Part shown: piece after piece, positions 1 through 9,831 of the stretch
How the letters are laid out: each line of letters opens with the position of its first letter
How positions within the stretch are numbered: the stretch's first letter is position 1
IMG/VR virus record: IMGVR_UViG_3300017700_000657
Coordinates: 1 to 58,339 of that record
Source of the DNA: a virus
Taxonomy: Duplodnaviria; Caudoviricetes
DNA length: 58,339 bases
Reading direction: 5' to 3' (one strand)
Position numbers and translations under genes: made by a program
The notes under the pieces: model-generated
Databases searched by the model: none
What the model saw: the letters and a program-made list of their open reading frames with translations, nothing else
Told to the model about the DNA's origin: nothing

Positions 1-123
1 GCGAGCTTAAACGCTCCATCGAAGCCGCCGTTGGCTCCGATAACGACATGCAGGCCGATACCGGCCTCGCGCCCTACAAGACCCGTGGTCTTGGTTCGTG
101 GATTAAGGCCACCGCTCAGACCA
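1..123. repeat. Terminal direct repeat, copy 1 (circular assembly overlap)
   Basis: 1-123 is identical to 58217-58339 and lies inside the capsid ORF. Confidence 0.97.
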
Positions 124-659
124 CCAACCCGGTCCCGAGCCTGTTCCTCACGCCCTCTGGCAACATCGACACCACCGCCACCGCATCGCTCACTGAGCCG
201 CTGTTCAACGGCGTGTTCCGGTCGATCTTCACCCAGAACGGCGGTCGCCGCAGCTACTCGCTGTTCGCCGGCCCGAACCTGATCACCGCGATCAACACGT
301 TCCAACGCGTTGAAGGTGCTTCCGGCACGACCAAGACCTACCAGGTCACGCAGGACGCGTCCTCGAACCGCATCGACCTCGATGTTTCGGTCTACAAGGG
401 CTCGTTCCATACGGTCACGATCATTCCTGATATGTTCAACGGTCTTCTCGATGGCTCCGCCGTCACGACTACGACCAATCAGCAGATGGCCCGTGGCTAC
501 GTCATCGACCCTGCCCTTGTCGGCATCGGCACGATGCTCGGCGTTGACAGCATGGAGTTGGAGAATCAGGGCGGTGGCCGTCGCGGTCTCGTCCAGACTG
601 CACTCCTCCTCATGGTCAAGAATCCTCGCGGTCTCGGCAAGTTCGCCGGTTCCAGCTAA
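1..659 (+). CDS. Major capsid protein, 3' part (continues from 57868 across the junction; 335 aa in total)
   Basis: Reading frame is continuous through the overlap; RELKRSIEAA and TRGLGSWI resemble DUF5309/SU10-type capsids; follows the scaffold gene. Confidence 0.88.
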   Translation, partial: ELKRSIEAAVGSDNDMQADTGLAPYKTRGLGSWIKATAQTTNPVPSLFLTPSGNIDTTATASLTEPLFNGVFRSIFTQNGGRRSYSLFAGPNLITAINTFQRVEGASGTTKTYQVTQDASSNRIDLDVSVYKGSFHTVTIIPDMFNGLLDGSAVTTTTNQQMARGYVIDPALVGIGTMLGVDSMELENQGGGRRGLVQTALLLMVKNPRGLGKFAGSS

Positions 660-697
660 CCTCACAGCCAACAATTAACCAATAGGAGCACACTACC

Positions 698-1165
698 ATG
701 GCTGATACAGCAATCACGATCAATCCGGCCCGCGTCTCGCCGCTTTCCGAACAGGAACGCGCCTCGTCGGGCTACAACTACAAAGCCACCATCCTTAGCA
801 CCGACATTGCCTACGGCACTGGCGCATCCGATACCGTCACCGTGACGCTCGGCGCGACTCCTGCCGCTTGGTATATCGACAAGGCTGGCGTCAACATCTA
901 CACAGCGTTCGCCGGCATCACCGCCGCGACCGTCATCGTAGGCACCACGACCACCACGAACGCCCTCATTGCGAGCACCAGCATCCTCACGGCTGCATGG
1001 CTCCCGCAGGCGAGCGGCGTGGCGGTCTCGACCAACCTGACGTTCACTGCCGCGAAGAACCTCGTAGCGACGTTCACTGCCGCAGGCACGGGCGGTCCCG
1101 CCGCGCTCACTTCGGGCGCGCTGGACATCTACCTGCGCATTCAGAATACGGCCGACTTGCCGTAA
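698..1165 (+). CDS. Virion protein, probable capsid decoration/cement protein
   Basis: Directly after the capsid gene; Thr/Ala-rich with beta-strand character; AGGAG upstream. Confidence 0.6.
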   Translation: MADTAITINPARVSPLSEQERASSGYNYKATILSTDIAYGTGASDTVTVTLGATPAAWYIDKAGVNIYTAFAGITAATVIVGTTTTTNALIASTSILTAAWLPQASGVAVSTNLTFTAAKNLVATFTAAGTGGPAALTSGALDIYLRIQNTADLP

Positions 1166-1174
1166 TTGTCACTC

Positions 1175-1203
1175 AGCGGGGCGCGCTCATCACGCGCTCC
1201 GCT
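1175..1203 (+). terminator. GC-rich hairpin after the capsid operon (possible terminator or processing site)
   Basis: AGCGGGGCGCG pairs with CGCGCTCCGCT; U-tract is weak. Confidence 0.35.
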
Positions 1204-1286
1204 CACTTTGCGCTATGGCCGCGGCGACGTAGCCCCTTTGAAGGGCCGGCCACCATTTCAACAGCAACAGTTAGGCGCCTTTACCT

Positions 1287-1652
1287 ATGTCCATGGTCGC
1301 ACTTGGAGACGGCGAGCTTATCACGGGCTTGCCCCAGCAGTTCCTCGATGAATTTGAGGCGGAGATTCGCGGGCGGGTGCCAGCCGAGAAGGTTGCGGCC
1401 CAGTTGCGGCAGGAGAAGCTGGCGCGCATCTCGCGGCAGGCTGGTTCCACGACCATTGACACGCTCGGCCAAAAGGTAGCTAGCATTGATCCGCGTCTCT
1501 ACTTCCGTATGCTTCACCAGAACGGTGGCCACGAGGGATGGCTTGATGATTTTTTGGCCGACAACCCGGAGCTTTGCTGCCCCGGCTACCGCCCGAAGCG
1601 CAAGGGTGACTTGCGGCACGGCAAAACATTTGTGAACGGAAAACCTGTTTAA
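1287..1652 (+). CDS. Hypothetical protein, head module
   Basis: 121 aa ORF in a tightly packed operon. Confidence 0.7.
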   Translation: MSMVALGDGELITGLPQQFLDEFEAEIRGRVPAEKVAAQLRQEKLARISRQAGSTTIDTLGQKVASIDPRLYFRMLHQNGGHEGWLDDFLADNPELCCPGYRPKRKGDLRHGKTFVNGKPV

Positions 1653-1656
1653 TTTT

Positions 1657-1953
1657 ATGCCACTCGAAACCAAAACATTTAAGGAGTCCGTCAACAGTGC
1701 CCTAGATAGCATCGGAGAAGGTCCGATGAATGACGACGAAACCGTTGAGTTTAAGCGCAGGAAACTAAAGGAGTATTTGGAGAAAAGAGCCCAAGCCGCC
1801 AAGGCCGACGACGAGAAATCCTACGAGAGTCACAATGCGCGTGTGAAGTATTGGTCTGATGAGCTTCTTGAGCGCGAAAAACAAGGTCCAGCCCACGTTA
1901 AAACCGGCAACATCCTCAACCAAGCCCAGTCCCGCCCACTCGGGATGCGCTAA
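1657..1953 (+). CDS. Hypothetical protein
   Basis: 98 aa ORF packed in the operon. Confidence 0.65.
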   Translation: MPLETKTFKESVNSALDSIGEGPMNDDETVEFKRRKLKEYLEKRAQAAKADDEKSYESHNARVKYWSDELLEREKQGPAHVKTGNILNQAQSRPLGMR

Positions 1954-1958
1954 ACACC

Positions 1959-2126
1959 ATGCAAAACAAGCCCTCCGCCTCTACTGCTCCCGGCGACATC
2001 AAAGCCCCGGCTCCGACCGTCAACACGTCCAAGGGCATGTCGTCCAAGTGCGACTGCGCCCGTCCCGAGCACAAGTCGCCAGAGGCGATGTTGAGCAGCC
2101 TTCGCAAGACCTGCAACGGGCGATAA
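1959..2126 (+). CDS. Small hypothetical protein (55 aa, MQNKPSASTAP...), not in the ORF track
   Basis: Fills the gap between neighbours exactly; ACACCATG start context. Confidence 0.55.
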   Translation: MQNKPSASTAPGDIKAPAPTVNTSKGMSSKCDCARPEHKSPEAMLSSLRKTCNGR

Positions 2127-2127
2127 T

Positions 2128-3456
2128 ATGGCAAGGCTAGCCAGTCACTACTCCACGTTTCTGACCCAGTGGGCCGCACTGGTCGGCATCCCTGCTGACC
2201 GGATCACGACCGAGATTGCTGCCGTCGCAAATTCGACGTTCAACACCGCGATCCAGAAGATGTGGGACGACGCCCCGTGGATTGAGATTAGCCCCTACGG
2301 CGAGGCGCGTTTCCTTGGCAATCGGCTCAGTTATCCGAACAACCAGGCTCAGACCGCCTACTGGACCGCAACTGCGGCCACGTTGACCGCAAACAGCATC
2401 CCCAACCCCGCTGACGGCTTCACCACGGCGACGAAGATGATGGAGACCGGCGCAAGTTCGGCGCACAGCGTTTCCCAAAGCGTCACCACGTTCTATCCGA
2501 GCACCAGCTACACCGTCTCGTTCTACGCCCGGCCCAACGGTCGCATCTGGCAATACCTGTCCGTGACCGATGGCGTCACGACTTACACGGCGTTCTTCAA
2601 CACGTCGGCGGGCACCGTAGGAACCGCAACCAACTTCACGTCCACGACCATCGCGCAACAGCCGAACGGCTTCTGGCTCTGCCAAGCGACGTTCACGGCC
2701 AACGCCGCGGCCACCACGTCGGGGAGCTACACGCTTCAGCTTTCGACCGATGGCTCTACGCTCTCCTACGCGGGCGACACAACCAAGGGCTGCTATCTGT
2801 GGGGCGCCCTTGTCCAGCAGACGCAATATACGCCAGTGCAGGACTTGGTGCTGTCATGGGACCAGTTGGGCGAAAACGAAATCGACGCGATCTACAACAT
2901 CTGGCCGTGCAGCCCGTTCGCCAGTAACTACCCGTCGCAGTTCGGATACAACATCACTCCGCAGGGGATACAGGTTATTAACGGCACGCCATACCAGTAT
3001 GTCGTTTATCAGAACGGAGTAGCGCAAAACAACCTCTACGGAGCACCGCCAAATAACCCAATTTTCATCTACTACCGCCAGACGTGCCCGCAATACACGG
3101 GCGACGTTTACGACGCGGCGGAGACCTACGCGGTGGATGAGCAGATTTACTTCACGGCGTCGGACGGCTACGGGGATTTCTACAAGTGTATCGTGGCGAC
3201 CAGCGCGGGGCAATCGCCGACCACGACACCCAATAGCTGGGTGAGGATTACGCTTTACGATACATTCATCCAGTTCTGTATCTACCAGTCGTTCGGCGAT
3301 TGGCTGATCAGCGACGGCCAGTTCGACAAGGCGCAGGCCGTCTATGCCATCGCCGAGGACAAGATGGGGGATCAACTCGATAAGAACGAACGCCAGATGA
3401 ACGTGATGTCGCCAATGAAGGTCGCAACTCACCTTACCTCCCGCCCAGCCTACTAA
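2128..3456 (+). CDS. Tail adaptor/head-tail connector-like protein with inserted carbohydrate-binding-like domains
   Basis: Position; helical termini around a Thr-rich beta domain (YTVSFYAR, GFWLCQ) and a YxxxExY...W module. Confidence 0.5.
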   Translation: MARLASHYSTFLTQWAALVGIPADRITTEIAAVANSTFNTAIQKMWDDAPWIEISPYGEARFLGNRLSYPNNQAQTAYWTATAATLTANSIPNPADGFTTATKMMETGASSAHSVSQSVTTFYPSTSYTVSFYARPNGRIWQYLSVTDGVTTYTAFFNTSAGTVGTATNFTSTTIAQQPNGFWLCQATFTANAAATTSGSYTLQLSTDGSTLSYAGDTTKGCYLWGALVQQTQYTPVQDLVLSWDQLGENEIDAIYNIWPCSPFASNYPSQFGYNITPQGIQVINGTPYQYVVYQNGVAQNNLYGAPPNNPIFIYYRQTCPQYTGDVYDAAETYAVDEQIYFTASDGYGDFYKCIVATSAGQSPTTTPNSWVRITLYDTFIQFCIYQSFGDWLISDGQFDKAQAVYAIAEDKMGDQLDKNERQMNVMSPMKVATHLTSRPAY

Positions 3457-3484
3457 GCGCTCACTACTTTAACCACCTACCACC

Positions 3485-3826
3485 ATGGCCTACTCATCCC
3501 AGAACGTCTCCTACCCGAAGCGCGCCATGCTGGGCGCATCGCCGGTCGCCAGCCAATCGCTTACGGTAAGCACCGCCGCAGTCTCGCCGGCCGGCTACAC
3601 GGGCTCGTCCGCTGTGGGCGCCAACTCGGTCGTCAGTTTTGACGTGCAGGCATATAACGTGCGCGTCCGCTGGGACGGCACGGACCCGACTAGCACGGTC
3701 GGCCATCTGCTCTACGTGGGCTCGGCCTATACGTGGAACGTGGATCAGTTTAACGCGGCCCGCTTCATTCGCGACACTGCGGCGGCGGGCGACGCCACGA
3801 TCTTCTCTTCGGCGTTCCAAATTTAA
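3485..3826 (+). CDS. Virion structural protein
   Basis: VRVRWDGTDPTSTVG-type small beta protein in the tail module. Confidence 0.6.
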   Translation: MAYSSQNVSYPKRAMLGASPVASQSLTVSTAAVSPAGYTGSSAVGANSVVSFDVQAYNVRVRWDGTDPTSTVGHLLYVGSAYTWNVDQFNAARFIRDTAAAGDATIFSSAFQI

Positions 3827-3847
3827 TCCCTGCGGGGGCAACACACC

Positions 3848-5629
3848 ATGCTTAGCAATCATCCTAGCGTTTTGGGTAGCGGTGCCGCTGGCGTCACTAC
3901 GCCCGCAGCCGCCTCCTCGGCCCTCGACCTCATCAGCACCACGCAGGGCGCGGTTCTTTACAGGAACGCCTCGGCATGGACGGCGCTTACGCCGGGCACC
4001 TCGGGGCAACTCCTCTCGACGCAAGGCGCGGCGGCAAACCCGATTTGGGTCACGGCCACGGGCGGGGCGGGTGATTTCAATGGGCCGGCGTCGAGCACGG
4101 ATAACGCGATGGTGCGGTTCGATGGGACAGGCGGGAAGACGGCACAAAACTCCGCGGTGACCGTATCGGATGTTGCCACGAATAATGTAACCGTCGCTGC
4201 CACGACCGGAAATAGCCTCACGTCTCAAGGAGGCGACAGCGGCGCGTCGCTGGCGCTAGGGAGCGGGGCGAACGGTGCCGCTACATTCAACCGCAATTTG
4301 TTGATTGGAACGTCATCCGATTTCCACGTTGGCGATGGTGGCGACCCCTCGCTCCTCAATTGCTTTATTGGTGGGCACGGTTCCGGCTATCCCGGCGCGG
4401 ACAACACGACAGGCCATTCGATTGTCGCCGTGGGCACGGAGGCCGCGCGCTCCAACTCGACAGGTTACGACATCACCGCAGTTGGCAAATCTGCCGCACG
4501 GATCGGCGTGAGTGCGATTCGCACCACGGCAGGAGGCCGCGCATCGCTCTACTCAAACACGGGCGACGATAACGCTGCATGGGGAGCGTATGCACTCACC
4601 AATGCGGGCGCCATCACGGGCATGACCGCCCTCGGCAACTACGCCGGATTCACACCGACCGGCGGAAGTAATTCGATTTTCATCGGATTCAACGCGGGCA
4701 ACCACGCATCCCAAAAAGTGGCGCCCGTGAATCAAATTGTCATCGGCTCCAACCAATACTCCACCGCCGACAATCAGACGGTGATTGGCAACTCTGGCAC
4801 CACTTCAACGGTGATTTACGGAGCCATCACGGGAGGCTCGATTCAGAACATGCCCATCGGTGACACTACGCGAAATAGCGGCGCGTTCACGACATTGGCG
4901 GCCAACGGAGCGACAACGCTCACCGCTGGCCTCACCGTCTCGGGTGCCCTGACGACGCTCACGCGCACCGGCGCGGCGGCGGCAATCTCGACCGCGCCTG
5001 TGGCGAAACTTCTGAACGCGCAAGGCGATGGCAATTGGGTGACGATGCACTTCGGCGGTGCGGTGTCGGATGGATACGTGGGATTTCTAGATTCAGCGAC
5101 CGCGGCCACGCGCGTCCTTGCCTTTGCAAATCAGGGCACCGTGCGCCAAGAAATCAACGGCAGCGGCGCGGTGCGCTTCAACGCCTACGGCGCGGGCACG
5201 CTCACGACAGATTCAAGTGGTAACATCACCGCCACCTCCGACGCTCGCGCAAAAAACATCACCGGAGACTTTACCACCGGGCTTTCTGCAATCCGCAAAC
5301 TCTCGCCTAAGTTTTACACTTGGAAGAAGGAAACCGGACTGAACACGTCCGATATAAACGTCTCGCTGATTGCGCAAGACCTCATCGCGGCCGGTTTGTC
5401 CGAGGCCGTGAACACGCAGCGCACCGTTGAGGAAATGGACAGCGTGACAACGACCGAGCCAAACGGTCGCCGCCGCACCATCGAATCCACCAAGCGCGAC
5501 GGCAACGGACGCGCAATGACGCGCAAAGTTGAAACAACCTACACCGTGAATGACCGCGCAATCCTCGCCGCGCTGGTGAACGCGATCAAAGAGATGGACG
5601 CCCGCATTGAGAAAATCGAAAGCAAGTGA
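3848..5629 (+). CDS. Tail fibre/spike with C-terminal peptidase S74 intramolecular chaperone
   Basis: Gly-rich autotransporter-like repeats, then SDARAK, YTWK, LIAQD and a terminal coiled coil (LVNAIKEM). Confidence 0.85.
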   Translation: MLSNHPSVLGSGAAGVTTPAAASSALDLISTTQGAVLYRNASAWTALTPGTSGQLLSTQGAAANPIWVTATGGAGDFNGPASSTDNAMVRFDGTGGKTAQNSAVTVSDVATNNVTVAATTGNSLTSQGGDSGASLALGSGANGAATFNRNLLIGTSSDFHVGDGGDPSLLNCFIGGHGSGYPGADNTTGHSIVAVGTEAARSNSTGYDITAVGKSAARIGVSAIRTTAGGRASLYSNTGDDNAAWGAYALTNAGAITGMTALGNYAGFTPTGGSNSIFIGFNAGNHASQKVAPVNQIVIGSNQYSTADNQTVIGNSGTTSTVIYGAITGGSIQNMPIGDTTRNSGAFTTLAANGATTLTAGLTVSGALTTLTRTGAAAAISTAPVAKLLNAQGDGNWVTMHFGGAVSDGYVGFLDSATAATRVLAFANQGTVRQEINGSGAVRFNAYGAGTLTTDSSGNITATSDARAKNITGDFTTGLSAIRKLSPKFYTWKKETGLNTSDINVSLIAQDLIAAGLSEAVNTQRTVEEMDSVTTTEPNGRRRTIESTKRDGNGRAMTRKVETTYTVNDRAILAALVNAIKEMDARIEKIESK

Positions 5630-5693
5630 CGCGCAACGAACTCACGCTCTCGCTCATCCGCGCCGAGCGCCTAACCATGCCAATCCAAATCCT

Positions 5694-5876
5694 ATGACCA
5701 TCGCAGAAACCAAAGCATCCATCGCCGCTCAATTGAACCAGCAGGCTGTCGCCACGCTCGTTGACCAACTGGCTAATCTTGCCGTTCAGCATGAGGCGCT
5801 AAAGAAAGAGCACGACGAACTAAAGGCCAAGCACGCCGAGATTGCCAAGAAGCCGGACGGCCCGTTGCCGGTCTAA
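5694..5876 (+). CDS. Small coiled-coil protein (possible fibre chaperone)
   Basis: MTIAETKAS..., 60 aa, directly after the fibre. Confidence 0.55.
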   Translation: MTIAETKASIAAQLNQQAVATLVDQLANLAVQHEALKKEHDELKAKHAEIAKKPDGPLPV

Positions 5877-5891
5877 GCCAGCACCAAGCCA

Positions 5892-8423
5892 GTGAATCGT
5901 TACAACGCATATGGACCGCAGGATGCCCCGCCGATGGAAGAGGGCGACACCGCGTTCATTGGCGTGGACGATTTCACGAACCCGGAGAATTTGCCGCAAG
6001 GCATCGCGCAGGCAGCTACCAACAAGGATTTCACCAACTCCTCTGCGGCAACGCGCGGTGGCTTCGTATGCCTTCCCGAATTAGGCGCCGCTCCGTTCCT
6101 GAGCGAATGGACCGCGCAGACCACTGCGGCCAATAACGAGTGGGAGTCGATCACCTACGGGAACGGAGTGTTTGTGGCTGTTTCCAACAACGGTGCGAGT
6201 CGCGTGATGACATCTCCCGACGGAATCACATGGACGGCGCGGACCGCGGCGGCTGCGAACTCGTGGAATGAAGTCTGTTTCGGTGCTGGCCTGTTCGTAG
6301 CCGTATCGCTTACCGGCGTAGGCAATCGCGTGATGACCTCGCCCGATGGCATAACGTGGACGAGTCGGACGAGCGCTGCGGATAGCAATTGGCGCTCCGT
6401 CGCCTATGGTGCAGGAAAGTTTGTTGCGGTCGCGTCAAGCGGACCCACCTATGCGATGACATCTACGGATGGCATCACATGGGGCGGAAATACCGGGATC
6501 GCGCAGAACTCGCAGTGCATAACCTACGGAAACGGGACGTTTGTTGCGGTCGGAACATCTGGAGCTGTAGCAACCTCACCCGATGGCGTTACGTGGACTG
6601 CGCGCACCAGCCCGGAGAGCAACGCATGGCAGTCTGTCGCCTACGGGAATGGTCTTTTTGTAGCCGTTTCAAGTTTAGGAACATCACGGGTGATGACTTC
6701 GCCGGACGGGGTTACTTGGACCGCAAGAACTGCCGCAGCGGCGAACGTGTGGGTGTCGGTCGCGTTCGGATACAACCGATTCGTAGCCGTATCGTCTACC
6801 GGCACAAATAATCGGGTGATGATTTCGTATGACGGCATAACATGGTCATCCAGATACAACTCACTTGATGAGTCGTGGACCTGCGTGACCTACGGGGCTG
6901 GAATCTTTGTGGCGGTCGGAATAACCGGAACAGACATGCGGGCCATGACGGCCTACGGAGTCACTGTCTGGGCCAGCGGCACCTACTCCGACCCAAATGC
7001 GCCAGACAGCGATTGGAAGGTGCTCGCTGGGCCTACTTCGGCCGGATTCTACTCGTTCGGGAAGAATAGCGTCAACATCGCCTACCCGTCAGGCTACGTC
7101 GTAAGCCAGCAATCCACGATTGTGCAGGCCAATAACCTGCTGTTCATCTTCGCGGGCGAAGGCCAGACGCCGATCTACTGGGACGGAAATTGGAACGGCG
7201 CGTTTATTGAGGTGCCGGACTACACGGGCGGCGTCCCCGGCTTCGCCAGCATCCCGCAGAGCAACCAAGCGACCTATTGCCAGAACCGCATGTGGGTCGT
7301 AAACGGCAAGGATAACTTGGCTGCTTCCGACGTGCTGGATTTCACGGCCTACGACGACATTGCCAACAGCTTCAATCTGAACACAGGCAGCAGCGACTAC
7401 ATTGTTACCAGTTACCCGTTCGGCGACAACGGTCTGGTGGTGTTCAAATACAAGTCGTCAATCATGCTTCAGAACGTGCAGGGATCGCTGAACGACGTGA
7501 CAGCGACCGAGGTCACGCGTCAGCTCGGAATCATCGGCATCAATGCCGTGACTGCGGTTGGTCCCGATCTGGTCTACATGACCGACCGCGACATCACGAC
7601 AATTCAGCTCAACCTCCAGAACAATCTTCAGGCCGCGACGGAGCCTCTTTCGCGCAACATCAAGTCGATCATCAACCGCGTAAATTGGCCGCAGGCGTAT
7701 CGCGTCAGCATGGCCTACTGGGATAACAAGCTTTACGTCGCGCTTCCGCTGGATAACTCGCCAACGATCAATGCGATTTTGGTCTACAACTTTATCACGA
7801 AACAATGGTGGGGTGAGTGGGGATTTGATTCGTCGCTTGGCATGGACATCCAAGGCTTCGTGACCGGCAATTACAACGGCACCGTAAGGCTGCACGTCGT
7901 CACGTCGGATGGGCGCATTTTCGTCACCGGCCAGTCTAACGTAGACATCAGCGGCACCATCGTGGCGGAGATTGCGGACAGCCTGACGACCCGCGCTTAC
8001 CGCTTGGACAATAACAGCCACATCCCGCGCCGGATGTATATGGACGTGTCCACAAACCGGCCTGAATTTTCGGTTGAGGCGTTTGCGGATGGGGCAAGTG
8101 AGTCGTCGTTTATTCTGACGAACCAGACCTACCTGCGGTCACAAAGCTGGCTGTTCAACGATGCGGCTTACAGCATGGACAACGCGAACGACGACTACAA
8201 CCGGGCGTTCCGAAAGGATTACGCGTCGGGGCCGGACAGCGTGCAGTGCGGAACGGGGTTTCAGCCCGAGATGAGGCAGTCGTATCGCTTCCCGATCATT
8301 TCGCGCCGCAAAGGTCGGCTCAGTTGGTATCGAGTCACAAATGCGACCGGAGTTTGCAACATCGAGGGCGTCGGCATTGAGGCTCGCGCGGGCGATAGAA
8401 ACAGTCTAGTTCAGGTGGGGTAA
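5892..8423 (+). CDS. Tail tube/nozzle (stabilisation) protein with inserted beta-propeller repeats
   Basis: About 7 repeats of WxSVAYGNGxFVAV...TSPDGxTWT at ~6100-6960; nozzle-like C-terminal half (LVYNFITKQWW). Confidence 0.7.
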   Translation: MNRYNAYGPQDAPPMEEGDTAFIGVDDFTNPENLPQGIAQAATNKDFTNSSAATRGGFVCLPELGAAPFLSEWTAQTTAANNEWESITYGNGVFVAVSNNGASRVMTSPDGITWTARTAAAANSWNEVCFGAGLFVAVSLTGVGNRVMTSPDGITWTSRTSAADSNWRSVAYGAGKFVAVASSGPTYAMTSTDGITWGGNTGIAQNSQCITYGNGTFVAVGTSGAVATSPDGVTWTARTSPESNAWQSVAYGNGLFVAVSSLGTSRVMTSPDGVTWTARTAAAANVWVSVAFGYNRFVAVSSTGTNNRVMISYDGITWSSRYNSLDESWTCVTYGAGIFVAVGITGTDMRAMTAYGVTVWASGTYSDPNAPDSDWKVLAGPTSAGFYSFGKNSVNIAYPSGYVVSQQSTIVQANNLLFIFAGEGQTPIYWDGNWNGAFIEVPDYTGGVPGFASIPQSNQATYCQNRMWVVNGKDNLAASDVLDFTAYDDIANSFNLNTGSSDYIVTSYPFGDNGLVVFKYKSSIMLQNVQGSLNDVTATEVTRQLGIIGINAVTAVGPDLVYMTDRDITTIQLNLQNNLQAATEPLSRNIKSIINRVNWPQAYRVSMAYWDNKLYVALPLDNSPTINAILVYNFITKQWWGEWGFDSSLGMDIQGFVTGNYNGTVRLHVVTSDGRIFVTGQSNVDISGTIVAEIADSLTTRAYRLDNNSHIPRRMYMDVSTNRPEFSVEAFADGASESSFILTNQTYLRSQSWLFNDAAYSMDNANDDYNRAFRKDYASGPDSVQCGTGFQPEMRQSYRFPIISRRKGRLSWYRVTNATGVCNIEGVGIEARAGDRNSLVQVG

Positions 8424-8439
8424 CGGAAAAACAAATACC

Positions 8440-9330
8440 ATGGCTAACACAACTCCAGGATACGTTTTCACTTCTGCAACTGATCCGATCACGTATTCCA
8501 AGCTTAATCTCCTCGGGAGCCCGACCGTCACGGTCGGAACAAATGAGATCATCACCGCAATGATCGCGAACAACTCAGTTACGACCGCAAAACTTGCTCA
8601 GGCCACTGGCGGCGGATTTATTGGGCGCACTACCGCAACTCTTGGCGACGTATCGTTCGTCACGCTCAACGACGGAAGTGTAGGGTGGAACAACAACGGG
8701 GACACGCTGGCCATCGGGAAGTCAACCGGGCAACTGTTTTTTAAGCTAGGAAACAGCGATAACGCAAAGCTCATGTTTCAGTATGGATCATCGGCAACTC
8801 CGCCTAATGAGATTTTTGTCGGAAGCAGCACAACCACGGTGGAACAATTTTCAAACGGCGCTACTCGCTGGACCGGCGGAACGCTTGAGTATTATATTGG
8901 AAACGGGTCGTCTAGCCGCTCGCTTGCGTTGTCCGTTTCAACCGCCGGCATTGCCGGCTCCGGCTTCTTGGCGAGCAGCGCCACTATTGGGTCGGGCTAC
9001 GCAACCGGCGCAGGCGGAACCGTCACACAGGCCACCAACCGCACAACCTCCGTCACGCTCAACACCGTATGCGGAGCGATCACGACCAATAACACGTCGC
9101 TGGCGGCGCTGGCTTCCGCTACGTTTTCAGTCCTAAACTCCACGGTTGTTGCCACCGACACCGTGGTGGTAAGTATCAAGAGCGGCGCCGTGAACGAGAA
9201 GACCATCGTCAAGGTCAGCAATGTGAACGCAGGCAACTTCACAATCACGGTCTACAATGCCGATGCTGTCACTGCCGAAACCGGCGCCATCGTGATTAAC
9301 TTTGCAGTTATTAAGGCGGTCGCTAGCTAA
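8440..9330 (+). CDS. Tail fibre-like structural protein
   Basis: Thr/Gly-rich; VTQATNRTTSVTLN...INFAVIK C-terminal domain. Confidence 0.6.
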   Translation: MANTTPGYVFTSATDPITYSKLNLLGSPTVTVGTNEIITAMIANNSVTTAKLAQATGGGFIGRTTATLGDVSFVTLNDGSVGWNNNGDTLAIGKSTGQLFFKLGNSDNAKLMFQYGSSATPPNEIFVGSSTTTVEQFSNGATRWTGGTLEYYIGNGSSSRSLALSVSTAGIAGSGFLASSATIGSGYATGAGGTVTQATNRTTSVTLNTVCGAITTNNTSLAALASATFSVLNSTVVATDTVVVSIKSGAVNEKTIVKVSNVNAGNFTITVYNADAVTAETGAIVINFAVIKAVAS

Positions 9331-9336
9331 CCATCC

Positions 9337-9831
9337 ATGCTCCCAGTAGCCGAACTTCCGCAGAGCGTAGTGGCTGTCGCCGAGGATGCGCGCGCGATGG
9401 TTGAGCGGATGCTGGACGCGCCGGAGTGGCGCGAGATGGACGCGATTGATGACGCGGTGATGGCGCAGCCCCAGATTGAGATGCCATTGAAGCATGTCTT
9501 TACGCCCGGCCTCTACGCGCGCCAAATTCTTATTCCGGCCGGCACAATTGCCACCACGCGCATTCACCTCACGGAACATCCGTTCATTATTTCCATGGGT
9601 CGCGCGTCTGTCTGGTCGGCCGATACGGGGTGGGTCCATGTGCAGGCTCCTCACCTTGGCGTGACTAAACCCGGCACCCGTCGCGCGATCTTCGCTCGCG
9701 AAGACACGATTTGGACCACCTTTCACGTTACCGATAAAACTGACCCGGACGAAATCGCTCGCGAGGTTACATACACTGGCGGGAAATTCTCTGAACTTGG
9801 CATTGCTGCCGCAAAGAAGGAACTCACATGA
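9337..9831 (+). CDS. Cupin-fold protein
   Basis: HVFTPGLYARQILIPAG...HLTEHPFIISMG motif; precedes the ejection proteins. Confidence 0.6.
   Translation: MLPVAELPQSVVAVAEDARAMVERMLDAPEWREMDAIDDAVMAQPQIEMPLKHVFTPGLYARQILIPAGTIATTRIHLTEHPFIISMGRASVWSADTGWVHVQAPHLGVTKPGTRRAIFAREDTIWTTFHVTDKTDPDEIAREVTYTGGKFSELGIAAAKKELT

Noticed and set aside
6100-6960. Repeats as the template/variable pair of a diversity-generating retroelement
   Set aside because: No reverse transcriptase found; the repeats are in-frame propeller blades.
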